The position numbers and the translations under genes were made by a program. From Candidatus Poribacteria bacterium (GTDB lineage: Bacteria; Poribacteria; WGA-4E; PCPOR2b), in contig PYIZ01000010.1 in assembly GCA_003635265.1 (NCBI GenBank), forward strand, positions 151,177 to 215,176: a DNA stretch of 64,000 bases, written 5' to 3'. The notes under the pieces are model-generated. The model saw only the letters and a list, made by a program, of their open reading frames with translations. It did not search any database and was not told where the DNA came from. Each line of letters opens with the position of its first letter. Position 1 is the first letter of the stretch. Below, in pieces: positions 18,302 to 27,116 of this stretch.

Positions 18302-19096
18302 TCAATCCTTATCCTTCAACGCTTGAATCCCGGGCCAATCCCGCCACATGTCCACACACGGTGGCTCCTCCTGTGCCTGTTCTAAATCCTTTTTCCGGAA
18401 ATCGTATAGCACCGCCTGACGGATCTGCTTCGAGAAATTCTGTCCCGCTGCATGACCGATACGGTGATGCCAGAAAACTATATCCCCGGGCCCGCCGTGC
18501 GTCTCAACGTAGGGTGTCTGGTTAATTTCTGCTAGCACATCATCGTATCCATCGGTACGCTCATGCTTGTATTGGGAGTGGAATTCATAATAGAATTTCA
18601 GGTGGCTCTTGGGCCAAACCGTAAACCCACCGCCCCGCGGAGGCACGTGATCAATATAGCCCACAACCCCTAGGTGAAAGGGATGCCCGTCCACATGGCA
18701 AGTGGTCGGTTTTTCAGGCTCATCCCCGTAGGGAAGCGTGCAGTAAATTCCCCGAATTCCATCGGGCGTCTGTACATTCCCTTCACCTAGAAACTGCTCT
18801 GCCATCCCCCACACATTTGGATCTGTGGCAAGCAGCCGAACCATCCAATCCTCAACACCCGGTTCACGGAAGTTCCATCGGAAGCCGCGTTTCGCATTCA
18901 TCGTATCCTGGCATTCTTCGTCTTTTTTGATGGGACCCACCCAAGTCTCAGGGTCAGACCGATCCATGGAGGGCGGTGCACCGTCCCACAGTCGCGCCCG
19001 CGCCCGCGCCATCAGATCCGGATCTAAAACGCTCCGCTTAATCAGATAGCCTTCCCGTTTGAAAAACAGAATATCCTCATCAGATAATCGAACCAT
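18302..19096 (-). CDS. Phytanoyl-CoA dioxygenase (PhyH) family oxygenase
   Basis: Start set to ATG 19096, 8 nt behind AAGGAGG (19105-19111). The longer ORF starts with TTG. HxD motif in CHVDGH, distal His in WHHRIGHAAGQN. Confidence 0.85.
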   Translation of the reverse strand: MVRLSDEDILFFKREGYLIKRSVLDPDLMARARARLWDGAPPSMDRSDPETWVGPIKKDEECQDTMNAKRGFRWNFREPGVEDWMVRLLATDPNVWGMAEQFLGEGNVQTPDGIRGIYCTLPYGDEPEKPTTCHVDGHPFHLGVVGYIDHVPPRGGGFTVWPKSHLKFYYEFHSQYKHERTDGYDDVLAEINQTPYVETHGGPGDIVFWHHRIGHAAGQNFSKQIRQAVLYDFRKKDLEQAQEEPPCVDMWRDWPGIQALKDKD

Positions 19097-19184
19097 CCGT
19101 TGAACCTCCTTGCGTGTAATCAAAAGTGTATTGTCCTAATTCTCCCACGGCTTTGAACCCTTATTTCATAGGGAATCCCGCCCA

Positions 19185-20273
19185 TTAAACCTGCGGTCTC
19201 AGGTCCTTAATGTCTTTCAGCAATGTTTTACGGTCATCAATGGTCAGCAGGTCTTGAGCGTTCTCTTCCTGTTCCAACAGTTCCTCTAAGGCGCGATCTG
19301 CTTTAATGGTAAATCCCGCATCTTTGATCATCTGTAGGGTTTTTCTCCTCGATGCCCCCCTCGTATTCAGGTAACCATCCACAAAGAGTGAATTCGCCGG
19401 ATATAGCGCCATAACCTCCATGTTTCGCAGATGCACTTCTCTCCCTGCCGCGATTCGGATCTCCGCCTTGGGGTTTAGAAAGCGATACAGGCACAACACG
19501 CGTAAGCAATACTCCGGACTGAGATCCGGTGCCTCTGACAGAGCATTCCCCGGAATCGGAATTAAAAAATTAACCGGTATCGACTCAACACCTAGCTCCC
19601 GAAGGGTCTTGGCGACCTCGATCACATCCCTCTCCTTCTCTCCCATCCCAACAATGATACCGGCACATAATTCAATACTCGCCGTTTGTGCGGCGTTGAG
19701 TGTGTCTAGTCGGTCCTGATATGTATGGGTCGTACAGATCCTGGGGTAGTGTCTCTCTGAAGTATTGAGATTGTGGTTAAGTCGATCCAAACCAGCTGCT
19801 TTAAGGGCTTGTGCATCCTCATTATCGATTAGCCCCGCAGAAAGACAGACTTGAATCGGATAGCGAGATTTGATTTCCGCAATCAATCTAGCGAGATGTT
19901 CAACGCGTTTTTTGGATGGACCACGACCCGCAAAGACCATACAGTAGCGAAAAGCCCCCGATTCATAAGCAGACTGCGCTTCAGCTAGCATCTCTGCGTC
20001 CGATTTAATCGGGTATTCCTCAATATCTGCATTTGATGATTTTGCCTGTGCGCAATAAAAACAGTCTTCGGGACAGTAACCATTTTGGGCGTTATTGATG
20101 ATATGTAGTTGTACCTCTTTGCCGGTATATTTTTTACGCACCTGATAGGCTGCATCAAGCAACGGGAGCAGCTCAACCACCGATGAAGTCAATATGTCCA
20201 GACATAATTCGTCTGAGAGCATATCTCCCCGCAAACCTGCGCGGGCAAGTTCATCATAAAATCTTCGTTCCAT
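19185..20273 (-). CDS. bioB: Biotin synthase (radical SAM)
   Basis: CxxxCxxC motif CPEDCFYCAQ. NHNLNTS, GIIVGMGE, VNFLIPIPGN and IRIAAGRE are collinear with BioB. Start set to ATG 20273 (MERRFYDEL). About 45 extra C-terminal residues. Confidence 0.85.
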   Translation of the reverse strand: MERRFYDELARAGLRGDMLSDELCLDILTSSVVELLPLLDAAYQVRKKYTGKEVQLHIINNAQNGYCPEDCFYCAQAKSSNADIEEYPIKSDAEMLAEAQSAYESGAFRYCMVFAGRGPSKKRVEHLARLIAEIKSRYPIQVCLSAGLIDNEDAQALKAAGLDRLNHNLNTSERHYPRICTTHTYQDRLDTLNAAQTASIELCAGIIVGMGEKERDVIEVAKTLRELGVESIPVNFLIPIPGNALSEAPDLSPEYCLRVLCLYRFLNPKAEIRIAAGREVHLRNMEVMALYPANSLFVDGYLNTRGASRRKTLQMIKDAGFTIKADRALEELLEQEENAQDLLTIDDRKTLLKDIKDLRPQV

Positions 20274-20432
20274 CTGTTTATAATCCTCTCTTTTGCCTTT
20301 GCATCTGGTGAAAGGGTATTGTAATATAAAAACCAATCGAGATCAAATGTTTTCCGTTATCAGGAATTGATTTATTTTACACAACAGTTTTGCAAGGGTA
20401 TACACGCCCGCCACGAATAGAGGAGATATGCA

Positions 20433-21197
20433 ATGAAATTGGGGCTTGTGACATATAATATGGCAAAGGATTGGGACGTACCAACAATTATCAACAATTG
20501 CGCAGCGACGGGCTTCCAAGGCGTGGAACTGCGCACCACCCACGCTCACAATGTTGAGGTGAATCTTTCTCCAAATGAACGTCAGGAAGTGCGGCAACAG
20601 TTTGAGGATTCGCCGATTGAATTAGCAGGATTGGGCAGTGCATTCGACTATCATTCAACAGATTCCGAAGAAGTACACCAAAATATCGAAGGGACGAAAG
20701 AGTACGCCCAACTCGCAGCAGATGTCGGTGCCCCCGGCGTGAAGGTTCGACCTAACGGTTTGCCCGAAGGCGTTTCCACGGAAAAGACCTTGACACAGAT
20801 CGGTCTGTCCTTACGCGAATGCGGTGAGTTCGCTAACAACCTAGGCGTCCAAATCCGCCTTGAGGTACACGGCAGGGAAACATCCCATGTTCCACATATC
20901 CGCAGAATTATGGAGATCGCTGAACACGACAATGTTTTTGTCTGCTGGAATTCCAATCCGGGGGAGGTCGAAGGTGGGTCTGTCAAGAACAACTTTAGTC
21001 TAGTCAAGGAGTGGATTCGGTTGGTTCACATCAACGAGTTGCATCGGCGGGAATACCCATGGCACGAACTTTTCTCGCTATTACAGGCATCTGGATACGA
21101 AGGTTATACATTGGCTGAGATCCCGGAGAGTTCCGATCCCGTGCGTCTGATGAACTACTACCGCGCCTTATGGGAAGCGTTGTGCAATGTCTCTTGA
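20433..21197 (+). CDS. Sugar phosphate isomerase/epimerase (xylose isomerase-like TIM barrel)
   Basis: 254-aa ORF with a gaggag RBS. TIM-barrel pattern (GFQGVELR, RLEVHG, HINE). Confidence 0.8.
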   Translation: MKLGLVTYNMAKDWDVPTIINNCAATGFQGVELRTTHAHNVEVNLSPNERQEVRQQFEDSPIELAGLGSAFDYHSTDSEEVHQNIEGTKEYAQLAADVGAPGVKVRPNGLPEGVSTEKTLTQIGLSLRECGEFANNLGVQIRLEVHGRETSHVPHIRRIMEIAEHDNVFVCWNSNPGEVEGGSVKNNFSLVKEWIRLVHINELHRREYPWHELFSLLQASGYEGYTLAEIPESSDPVRLMNYYRALWEALCNVS

Positions 21198-21212
21198 TAG
21201 GGAGGCGTGAAG

Positions 21213-21256
21213 CGTGAAACGTGACAGATGTGACCCGTCACGTTTCACGTTTTATT
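21213..21256. terminator. Rho-independent-type hairpin between convergent genes, built from two inverted family-1 repeats
   Basis: cgtgaaacgtgac (21213-21225) pairs perfectly with gtcacgtttcacg (21237-21249) around an 11-nt loop. It is followed by ttttatt. It starts 16 nt after the stop of 20433-21197. Confidence 0.6.
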
Positions 21257-21650
21257 CCGTGGGTCGCCGGAGCGACTTGGGAGGACGTAGAATCTCGGCA
21301 AGGATAATCCCTTCTCGAAACGTCTGGGGTGTCAGCGGGATCCCTGCAATTGTCGGTGTAGGAGGAGGGGATTGGGCTTGAGTTTCCTCTTCTACTTGCG
21401 GAGGTTCTGAAGCAACCTGAACGGCAGGCACCGGCTCAGGTGGGGCCGTAGGTGCTTCCTCCTCGACGAACTCAGGAAGCGGAAATTCGTCTTCCTCTCC
21501 CGGTACGTTTCCCCAAGGAGGCAAAGTTATCTCCTCTTCCTCTGGTAGAACGTCAGGCTCTTCCTTTGAGCCCCTCCGACTCAACACCCTTGAGACCAGC
21601 GCTATAGTCCCAAAAATCAAAAATAGAACTAGTTGAATCCATTCTTCCAT
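21252..21650 (-). CDS. Small single-pass membrane protein with an acidic Pro/Glu-rich region (last gene of the floA operon)
   Basis: 132-aa ORF, 33 nt downstream of floA. One N-terminal TM helix (WIQLVLFLIFGTIALV), a low-complexity E/P-rich middle, and a basic C-terminal tail (GIILAEILRPPKSLRRP). Supported mainly by its position in the operon. Confidence 0.6.
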   Translation of the reverse strand: MEEWIQLVLFLIFGTIALVSRVLSRRGSKEEPDVLPEEEEITLPPWGNVPGEEDEFPLPEFVEEEAPTAPPEPVPAVQVASEPPQVEEETQAQSPPPTPTIAGIPLTPQTFREGIILAEILRPPKSLRRPTE

Positions 21651-21683
21651 CGGTATCCTCCTATTTGCGGCTGTTCAAATTTC

Positions 21684-22709
21684 CTACGACAAACCTACCG
21701 CGTGGGACGAACGGGTTGTGCTTCCATCACCGGTCGGTGCTGCAATTGATTGACGCATTTCCGTGTCCGCAATGACATTCCGCAGGTTGTAGTAGTCCAT
21801 TACACTAATTCTGCCAGATGCAAAAGAGTCCGCGATTGCGCGAGGCACCTCTGCATCAGCCTCAACTAGGTTCACGGTCATCTCTTCGACCAAGGCTTTG
21901 TTTTCTTCCTCTTGTGCTTGGGCGAGGGCGCGTCTTTCCTCCGCCTTCGCGCGGGCGATTTTCAACTCCGCCTCGGCTTGATCCGTCTGCAGTTTGGCAC
22001 CCACATTTTCACCGATATCGATGTCTGCAATATCAATGGAGAGGATCTCAAAAGCCGTGCCCGCCGCTAAACCCTTTTCCAGCACGACCTCCGAAATCTG
22101 CGCAGGATTTTCCAAGACCGCTTTATGGCTCGCAGACGAACCGATCGTTGTGATTATCCCCTCTCCGACCCGGGCAATGACAGTGGCTTCTCCCGCACCG
22201 CCGACAAGCCGGTCGATATTGGCTCGTACAGTAACTCTGGCTCTAGCGATCAGTTGAATCCCGTCACGTGCAACAGCAGTAATGCCGGGGCTAACGTCGC
22301 CTTTAGCAGGAACATCAATAATCTGTGGATTGACACTCATCTGTACCGCCTGTAGCACATCTCTGCCCGCCAAATCAATCGCTGCCGCTTGTGCAAAGTC
22401 CAGCTTGATGTTGGCTTTATCCGCCGCAATCAGCGCGCGCACAACGTCTGTCACATTGCCACCAGCGAGAAAATGCGCCTCAAGGTTATCAACTCTTAAT
22501 TGCAGTCCAGCCTTGGTCGCCTCAATTTGAGGCTCCACAATCGCCTTCGGGGGAACACGACGCAAACGCATCGCGACAAGATCCCCGAAAATACGGATAC
22601 GTACCCCAGCTGCAAGGGCGGCAATCCAGAGTCCTAGCGGTACGAACCAAGCCAACCAGAGAACGAAGATAATTACGACAAGTGCTGGAATAATGTATGG
22701 AATAGCCAT
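21684..22709 (-). CDS. floA: Flotillin-like protein FloA (SPFH domain, YqfA/UPF0365)
   Basis: 341-aa ORF. N-terminal membrane hairpin, [11 protein letters not shown], a coiled-coil AE-rich region, and the conserved tail [19 protein letters not shown]. Confidence 0.9.
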   Translation of the reverse strand: MAIPYIIPALVVIIFVLWLAWFVPLGLWIAALAAGVRIRIFGDLVAMRLRRVPPKAIVEPQIEATKAGLQLRVDNLEAHFLAGGNVTDVVRALIAADKANIKLDFAQAAAIDLAGRDVLQAVQMSVNPQIIDVPAKGDVSPGITAVARDGIQLIARARVTVRANIDRLVGGAGEATVIARVGEGIITTIGSSASHKAVLENPAQISEVVLEKGLAAGTAFEILSIDIADIDIGENVGAKLQTDQAEAELKIARAKAEERRALAQAQEEENKALVEEMTVNLVEADAEVPRAIADSFASGRISVMDYYNLRNVIADTEMRQSIAAPTGDGSTTRSSHAVGLS

Positions 22710-22765
22710 CTGAAACCTCCTTTTGGAGTTGGCGGATGTAAATCCCGCTTTATCGATACCAACTC

Positions 22766-23668
22766 TTAATTCTGACCCATTAGATTTCCGTCTCGAAATG
22801 CACCGGCAATTGCACGGGGAACACCCGCTTCGGCTTCAACAACCCTAGAACGCATCTCTTGTACGTTTGCTGTCATTTCCTGTTTGCGTGCAACTGCCAT
22901 TGCACGGCGTTCCTCCGCTTTGGCTTGTGCAACAACCAGATCTGCCTCCGCTTGTTCCGCTTGTAGTTCGGCACCGATGTTTTTCCCAACGTTCACATCA
23001 GCGATATCAATGGAGAGAATATCAAAGGCGGTTCCTGAATCAAGACCTCGATCTAATACAGTTCTAGAGATGATGTCGGGATTTTCCAGAACGTCCTCGT
23101 ATGTCTCAGAAGCACCAATCGCACTAACGATCCCCTCGCCAACGCGTGCAATGATTGTCTCCTCACCAGCCCCCCCGACAAGTCGGTTAATGTTTGCTCT
23201 CACAGTGATTCGCACCGTAGCAATGAGTTGGACTCCGTCAAGCGCAACCGCCGTAATCCTCGGCGTTGTAATCACTCGCGGATTTACGCTCACCTGCACA
23301 GCATCAAGCACGTCGCGTCCTGCTAAATCAATCGCCGTTGCCTGTTGAAGACCGAGATCGATTTTTGCCTTGTCTGCAGCAATCAAAGCATTAACCACCC
23401 GAATAACGTTCCCACGCGCGAGGTAATGGGCTTCTAGGCGTTCCATGTCGATTGTCAATCCCGCCTTGTGGGCACTGATTTGTGCATTCACGATCACCGG
23501 TGGACTGACCCGACGGAGACGCATCCCGATCAATTCGATAATCCGCACACGCACACCTGCGAAAATGGCAGCGATCCACAATCCAACCGGCACAACCCAG
23601 AAGATAACTAGCAATCCAACGATTATTACGATAGCAAGGAACAGGAGAGACATCTGTTCTGGCGCCAT
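22766..23668 (-). CDS. floA: Second FloA-like SPFH protein, a tandem paralogue lacking the C-terminal tail
   Basis: 300-aa ORF, homologous to 21684-22709 over about 290 aa ([36 protein letters not shown]). It ends at ...[10 protein letters not shown] without the MDYYN...ADTEMR tail. Confidence 0.85.
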   Translation of the reverse strand: MAPEQMSLLFLAIVIIVGLLVIFWVVPVGLWIAAIFAGVRVRIIELIGMRLRRVSPPVIVNAQISAHKAGLTIDMERLEAHYLARGNVIRVVNALIAADKAKIDLGLQQATAIDLAGRDVLDAVQVSVNPRVITTPRITAVALDGVQLIATVRITVRANINRLVGGAGEETIIARVGEGIVSAIGASETYEDVLENPDIISRTVLDRGLDSGTAFDILSIDIADVNVGKNIGAELQAEQAEADLVVAQAKAEERRAMAVARKQEMTANVQEMRSRVVEAEAGVPRAIAGAFRDGNLMGQN

Positions 23669-23702
23669 TTTTTACCTCCTTTTTTATTTCACATATCTAT
23701 TT

Positions 23703-24212
23703 TCACAAACTCCGAACGACTACACGATTTCCTTCAACGAGGATAACCTCGACTTCGACCTCAGCCTCAATGAAATCACCAAGCGTAACGACATCAACCC
23801 GCTGATCGTTAATCAACACGGCACCGGCGGGACGTAGGGGAGTGATCGATTTACCTGATTTACCGACCAAGTTGACCAATTCTTGGGGCGGTGCCTGGAA
23901 CCCATCCGTACGATTCGCCGCGATACTGAGGATAAATGACCGCCCAAGCCTTGTTCGTGGGAAAAGCCAAAGCCCCAGAACCGCTAGCGGGATAGTCAAT
24001 GCACCCGTAGCACTCGCGTAAATCAAGCCGGTTTTCAACCCAAATTCTCCCCACGCAAGGACGATACCTGCGATAACCAGTGCTAGTCCGGGGATGCCTG
24101 CCGCTCCAAAACCGGGCAGCAAGGCAATTTCAACGAACAATAGTAAAACCCCTAGACCGATGAGAAAAATTAGAAACCATGACATGGGATTAGGTGATAC
24201 CCTATGTTTCAT
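23703..24212 (-). CDS. NfeD family membrane protein, short form (TM segments plus OB-fold)
   Basis: TM-rich N-terminus and a C-terminal NfeD OB-fold (GKSGKSITPLRPAGAVLINDQRVDVVTLGDFI). The start is ambiguous (24248, 24212 or 24185). It overlaps the end of the upstream gene. Confidence 0.75.
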   Translation of the reverse strand: MKHRVSPNPMSWFLIFLIGLGVLLLFVEIALLPGFGAAGIPGLALVIAGIVLAWGEFGLKTGLIYASATGALTIPLAVLGLWLFPRTRLGRSFILSIAANRTDGFQAPPQELVNLVGKSGKSITPLRPAGAVLINDQRVDVVTLGDFIEAEVEVEVILVEGNRVVVRSL

Positions 24213-25719
24213 CAATTGCTTCGACGAAGATTTTCGATCCCTCAACATTGATGATTTTCACGGGCGTGTCGCGCACGATAAAATCGCCCGCAGTGACTAC
24301 ATCAAGCCGTGCGTCGTCAACGCGAACTGTACCGGCAGGGCGCAACGGTGTGAGTGCAATCCCCGTTTTACCCACGTAGTCCTGAAAATCCTCCCGTGGT
24401 GCGGAATGGAATCCCGATCCCGAATCCATGGCGGCACTCAAGACGAGATGATTCCACGCACGGGTTTTGGGCAACAGGTAAAAAAGCGCAATCGCAAGCG
24501 CGAAGATTAGGATAATCGCAGATGACAGTGTAAAAAGTGCTGTATCGAATTTATAAGCGCTTCGGAATACATAAAATACGCTGCCCAACATCAACACAAT
24601 CCCGCCGATACCTGCAATGCCAAACCCCGGTATTACAAACAACTCTACTAGAAGCAATGCCACACCAACGATGAATGCAAGTGCCGCATAATCCACACTA
24701 ATATTCAGGAGTCTGTGCCCCCAAAAAAACAGTCCTAGACAAATCAGTCCAACGATCCCCGGAACGCCAAAGCCGGGAGTCCGAATTTCCAGCAATAGCC
24801 CGAGCCCGCCCAATGTAAACAGTAACCCACTAATAACTGGGCTGGTGACAAAAAAGACAAACCGGTCCGCCCAAGTCACCAAAACTGTTTCTTGTGTCGC
24901 ATCCTGTAGCGATTTAACGACCTTTACACTTTCATCACCAAACTCCATCTGCGCCTGTCCAATTCCCTCTACAGTTAGGACTTTGCGTTCCCCATTGACT
25001 TCGACAATCTGATATAGCCTCAATAACTCTTCGACGGAATCAGCAACTCCATCCGCTAAGTTGTACTCCAGTGCCTCTTCAGTCGTTAAGGTTAGGAGCT
25101 CTCCCTCAGGTCCTCCAGCGGCAATAATCTCCATCTTTTCACCAAGGTCCTTCTGCTCAATGTACTCTTCCTCCCTCAGTGTGATTATTTCACCATCTGT
25201 AAATCTGACGAGATAAAGCCGTTTGTCCACCATGGCAGCGGCGATGTCAGGGTTTCTGCCCTGTCGTTCCGCTGTCGCGCGAATCTTGCCGCGGATATAA
25301 GAAACTGCCTTTTCGTTCAGCTCCTCTCCTTGAAGTGAGACTGGCGCGGAATCTCCTATTGCGCCACCGTTCCTCATGACAATCTGATCACACGACAAGG
25401 AAATCATCGCACCGGCAGAGATCGCTTCCGTGTTGACATAAGCAATGGTGGGAAGCTCTGTGCGCTGGATCGCATCAATAATATCTCGCGCGGCGCCAAC
25501 AGCCCCTCCGGGTGTATGGACGTCAAAAATAATCGCGTCCGCCTCTGCCTCGGACGCCCGCTTAAGCCCGTTGTCAATATACACGCGAAGTCCATTACCA
25601 ATTTCATCTCGTATATTGATAACGTACACAAGCGCGTCGTCCGACGATACGGCTGCCAACCAAGATAGGCTGCCGAGCAGTATCAACACACCGCTGAAAA
25701 TGCGTCTTTTGGCTTTCAT
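24202..25719 (-). CDS. NfeD family membrane-bound ClpP-class serine protease, long form
   Basis: Signal peptide, then a ClpP-like domain (IIFDVHTPGGAVGAARDIIDAI...TEAISAGAMISL), then TM helices, then an NfeD OB-fold (GKTGIALTPLRPAGTVRVDDARLDVVTAGDFI). ATG 25719 sits behind a gagggg RBS. The longer ORF starts at TTG 25797. Confidence 0.85.
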   Translation of the reverse strand: MKAKRRIFSGVLILLGSLSWLAAVSSDDALVYVINIRDEIGNGLRVYIDNGLKRASEAEADAIIFDVHTPGGAVGAARDIIDAIQRTELPTIAYVNTEAISAGAMISLSCDQIVMRNGGAIGDSAPVSLQGEELNEKAVSYIRGKIRATAERQGRNPDIAAAMVDKRLYLVRFTDGEIITLREEEYIEQKDLGEKMEIIAAGGPEGELLTLTTEEALEYNLADGVADSVEELLRLYQIVEVNGERKVLTVEGIGQAQMEFGDESVKVVKSLQDATQETVLVTWADRFVFFVTSPVISGLLFTLGGLGLLLEIRTPGFGVPGIVGLICLGLFFWGHRLLNISVDYAALAFIVGVALLLVELFVIPGFGIAGIGGIVLMLGSVFYVFRSAYKFDTALFTLSSAIILIFALAIALFYLLPKTRAWNHLVLSAAMDSGSGFHSAPREDFQDYVGKTGIALTPLRPAGTVRVDDARLDVVTAGDFIVRDTPVKIINVEGSKIFVEAIDET

Positions 25720-25827
25720 AGGCTGTACCCCTCTGAAATAACCGTTAAAGTGTTCAAATCGTTTACCAAGTTGTGCTGATTTTGTACCGCGGGGCAATTT
25801 TCTGACTACAATATAATCTACCTTTCC

Positions 25828-25856
25828 ATTCTAACACGAAAAAAGGGTAACGTCAA
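25828..25856 (-). promoter_or_regulatory. Sigma70-type promoter candidate for the nfeD-floA operon
   Basis: The minus strand reads TTGACG-17 nt-TAGAAT (ttgacgttacccttttttcgtgttagaat), about 110 nt upstream of ATG 25719. Confidence 0.45.
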
Positions 25857-25899
25857 TATCAAACACAGTCCAAAGCTAATGCTTAAACTACATCCACAG

Positions 25900-26973
25900 T
25901 TATCCTTTTAGTGGATGCTCTCGATTGGCAATCGGGAACGCAACACGCTTCCCTGTAAGCTGCGATTCATAGGCACCGAGAATCATCTCTAATGCCGCAA
26001 CAGCATCTTCCGCAGCGGAAATCGGCTTACGATCATTTTCAATCGCGTCAATCAGATCGATGACCGCAAGGTTATTGCCGCTGGAAAAAGGCGTATCATC
26101 AACCTGCATCGCTTCCCATTTCTGAGAGGTATCAGCCGGAGACCAGCACGGGTGCGGATAGATGACCAAATTGTCCCCGCCGCCGCCACGCATTGATATC
26201 CTGCCTTCGTCGCCGATAATCTCCATGCCGTAGTAATCGCCGCTCTCTTCATGCCTCCGGGAATCAAACAAGCCGGAAACACCGCTTTCAAAGGCGAAGT
26301 AACTGTTCACACAATCGCCAGCAATAAGACCCACAGGCTCGGTAGCATCACGCGCATCATCAAGCGTGACCTCTTTTCCATTATCCGTTACATGTGCCTG
26401 CATCCAACTCACATCTCCGACGAAAAAGCGCATCATATTAAAAAGGTGCGTACCGAGCACGATCATATCCTCACCACCGCCGCGCCGGTCCTGCTTACCG
26501 TGTGCGTGAATCGCTTGAACTGTTCCAATCGTCCCGTCGTGCACCATCTCCTTAACCGCATGAATTGACGGCAGATAGACCGCTTGATGCGCGACGGCGA
26601 CTTTCTTCCCTGCCTGATTTGCCGCTTCTACAATCTGATCCCCTTCAGCGAGGGTAGCTGTCATCGGCTTTTCACTGTAAACGTGGCAACCCGCATTGAT
26701 GCACGCCAATAGCAGCTCAAGGTGGTCGGTCGTCCAGCGAGGTCCAACACTGACGATGTCCAGCTCCTCTTTGTCGAGCATTTCACGATAATCGGCGTAA
26801 CCCTGCTGAACGCCTGTCTTTTCCATCTCCTCACCCCGACCTGCTTCGTCTGGATCCGCTATGGCAACAAACTCAATGTTATCCAACTCCTGAAACGGCA
26901 AGTGAAGTCCGTGGCCATAGTTTCCGGCACCAGTGTGTCCAATTGCAGCAGCACGATACGTATTTTGACTCAT
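25900..26973 (-). CDS. Gfo/Idh/MocA family oxidoreductase
   Basis: 357-aa ORF. N-terminal YRAAAIGHTGAGNYGH Rossmann-type motif. Typical Gfo/Idh/MocA C-terminal alpha/beta domain. Confidence 0.85.
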   Translation of the reverse strand: MSQNTYRAAAIGHTGAGNYGHGLHLPFQELDNIEFVAIADPDEAGRGEEMEKTGVQQGYADYREMLDKEELDIVSVGPRWTTDHLELLLACINAGCHVYSEKPMTATLAEGDQIVEAANQAGKKVAVAHQAVYLPSIHAVKEMVHDGTIGTVQAIHAHGKQDRRGGGEDMIVLGTHLFNMMRFFVGDVSWMQAHVTDNGKEVTLDDARDATEPVGLIAGDCVNSYFAFESGVSGLFDSRRHEESGDYYGMEIIGDEGRISMRGGGGDNLVIYPHPCWSPADTSQKWEAMQVDDTPFSSGNNLAVIDLIDAIENDRKPISAAEDAVAALEMILGAYESQLTGKRVAFPIANREHPLKG

Positions 26974-27040
26974 GAAATTCTCCTTTTCCAGTTTGATTTA
27001 CGGTATAAAAAGTGTGGCGCATGTCAGGAAATTGTACAAC

Positions 27041-27106
27041 AGAAACCGAGTTTTCAAGTCCCGATTCTCGGGATGCTCGACGAGTCGGCAAAAAAACTCG
27101 GTTTCT
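27041..27106. repeat. Composite hairpin element, copy A (family 4 outer stem enclosing a family 5 hairpin)
   Basis: agaaaccgagtttt...aaaactcggtttct forms an outer stem around gtcccgattctcgggat and gctcgacgagtcggc. It lies 11 nt beyond the 3' end of the SDR gene. It is about 80% identical to 56270-56335. Confidence 0.75.
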
Positions 27107-27116
27107 CTTCGCACTG

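Noticed and set aside
22884-23348. 154-aa plus-strand ORF, with similar ones at 21818-22530
   Set aside because: They are antisense to the two floA genes. The Ala/Ser/Thr-rich sequence mirrors the Ala/Glu-rich coiled coil on the other strand.
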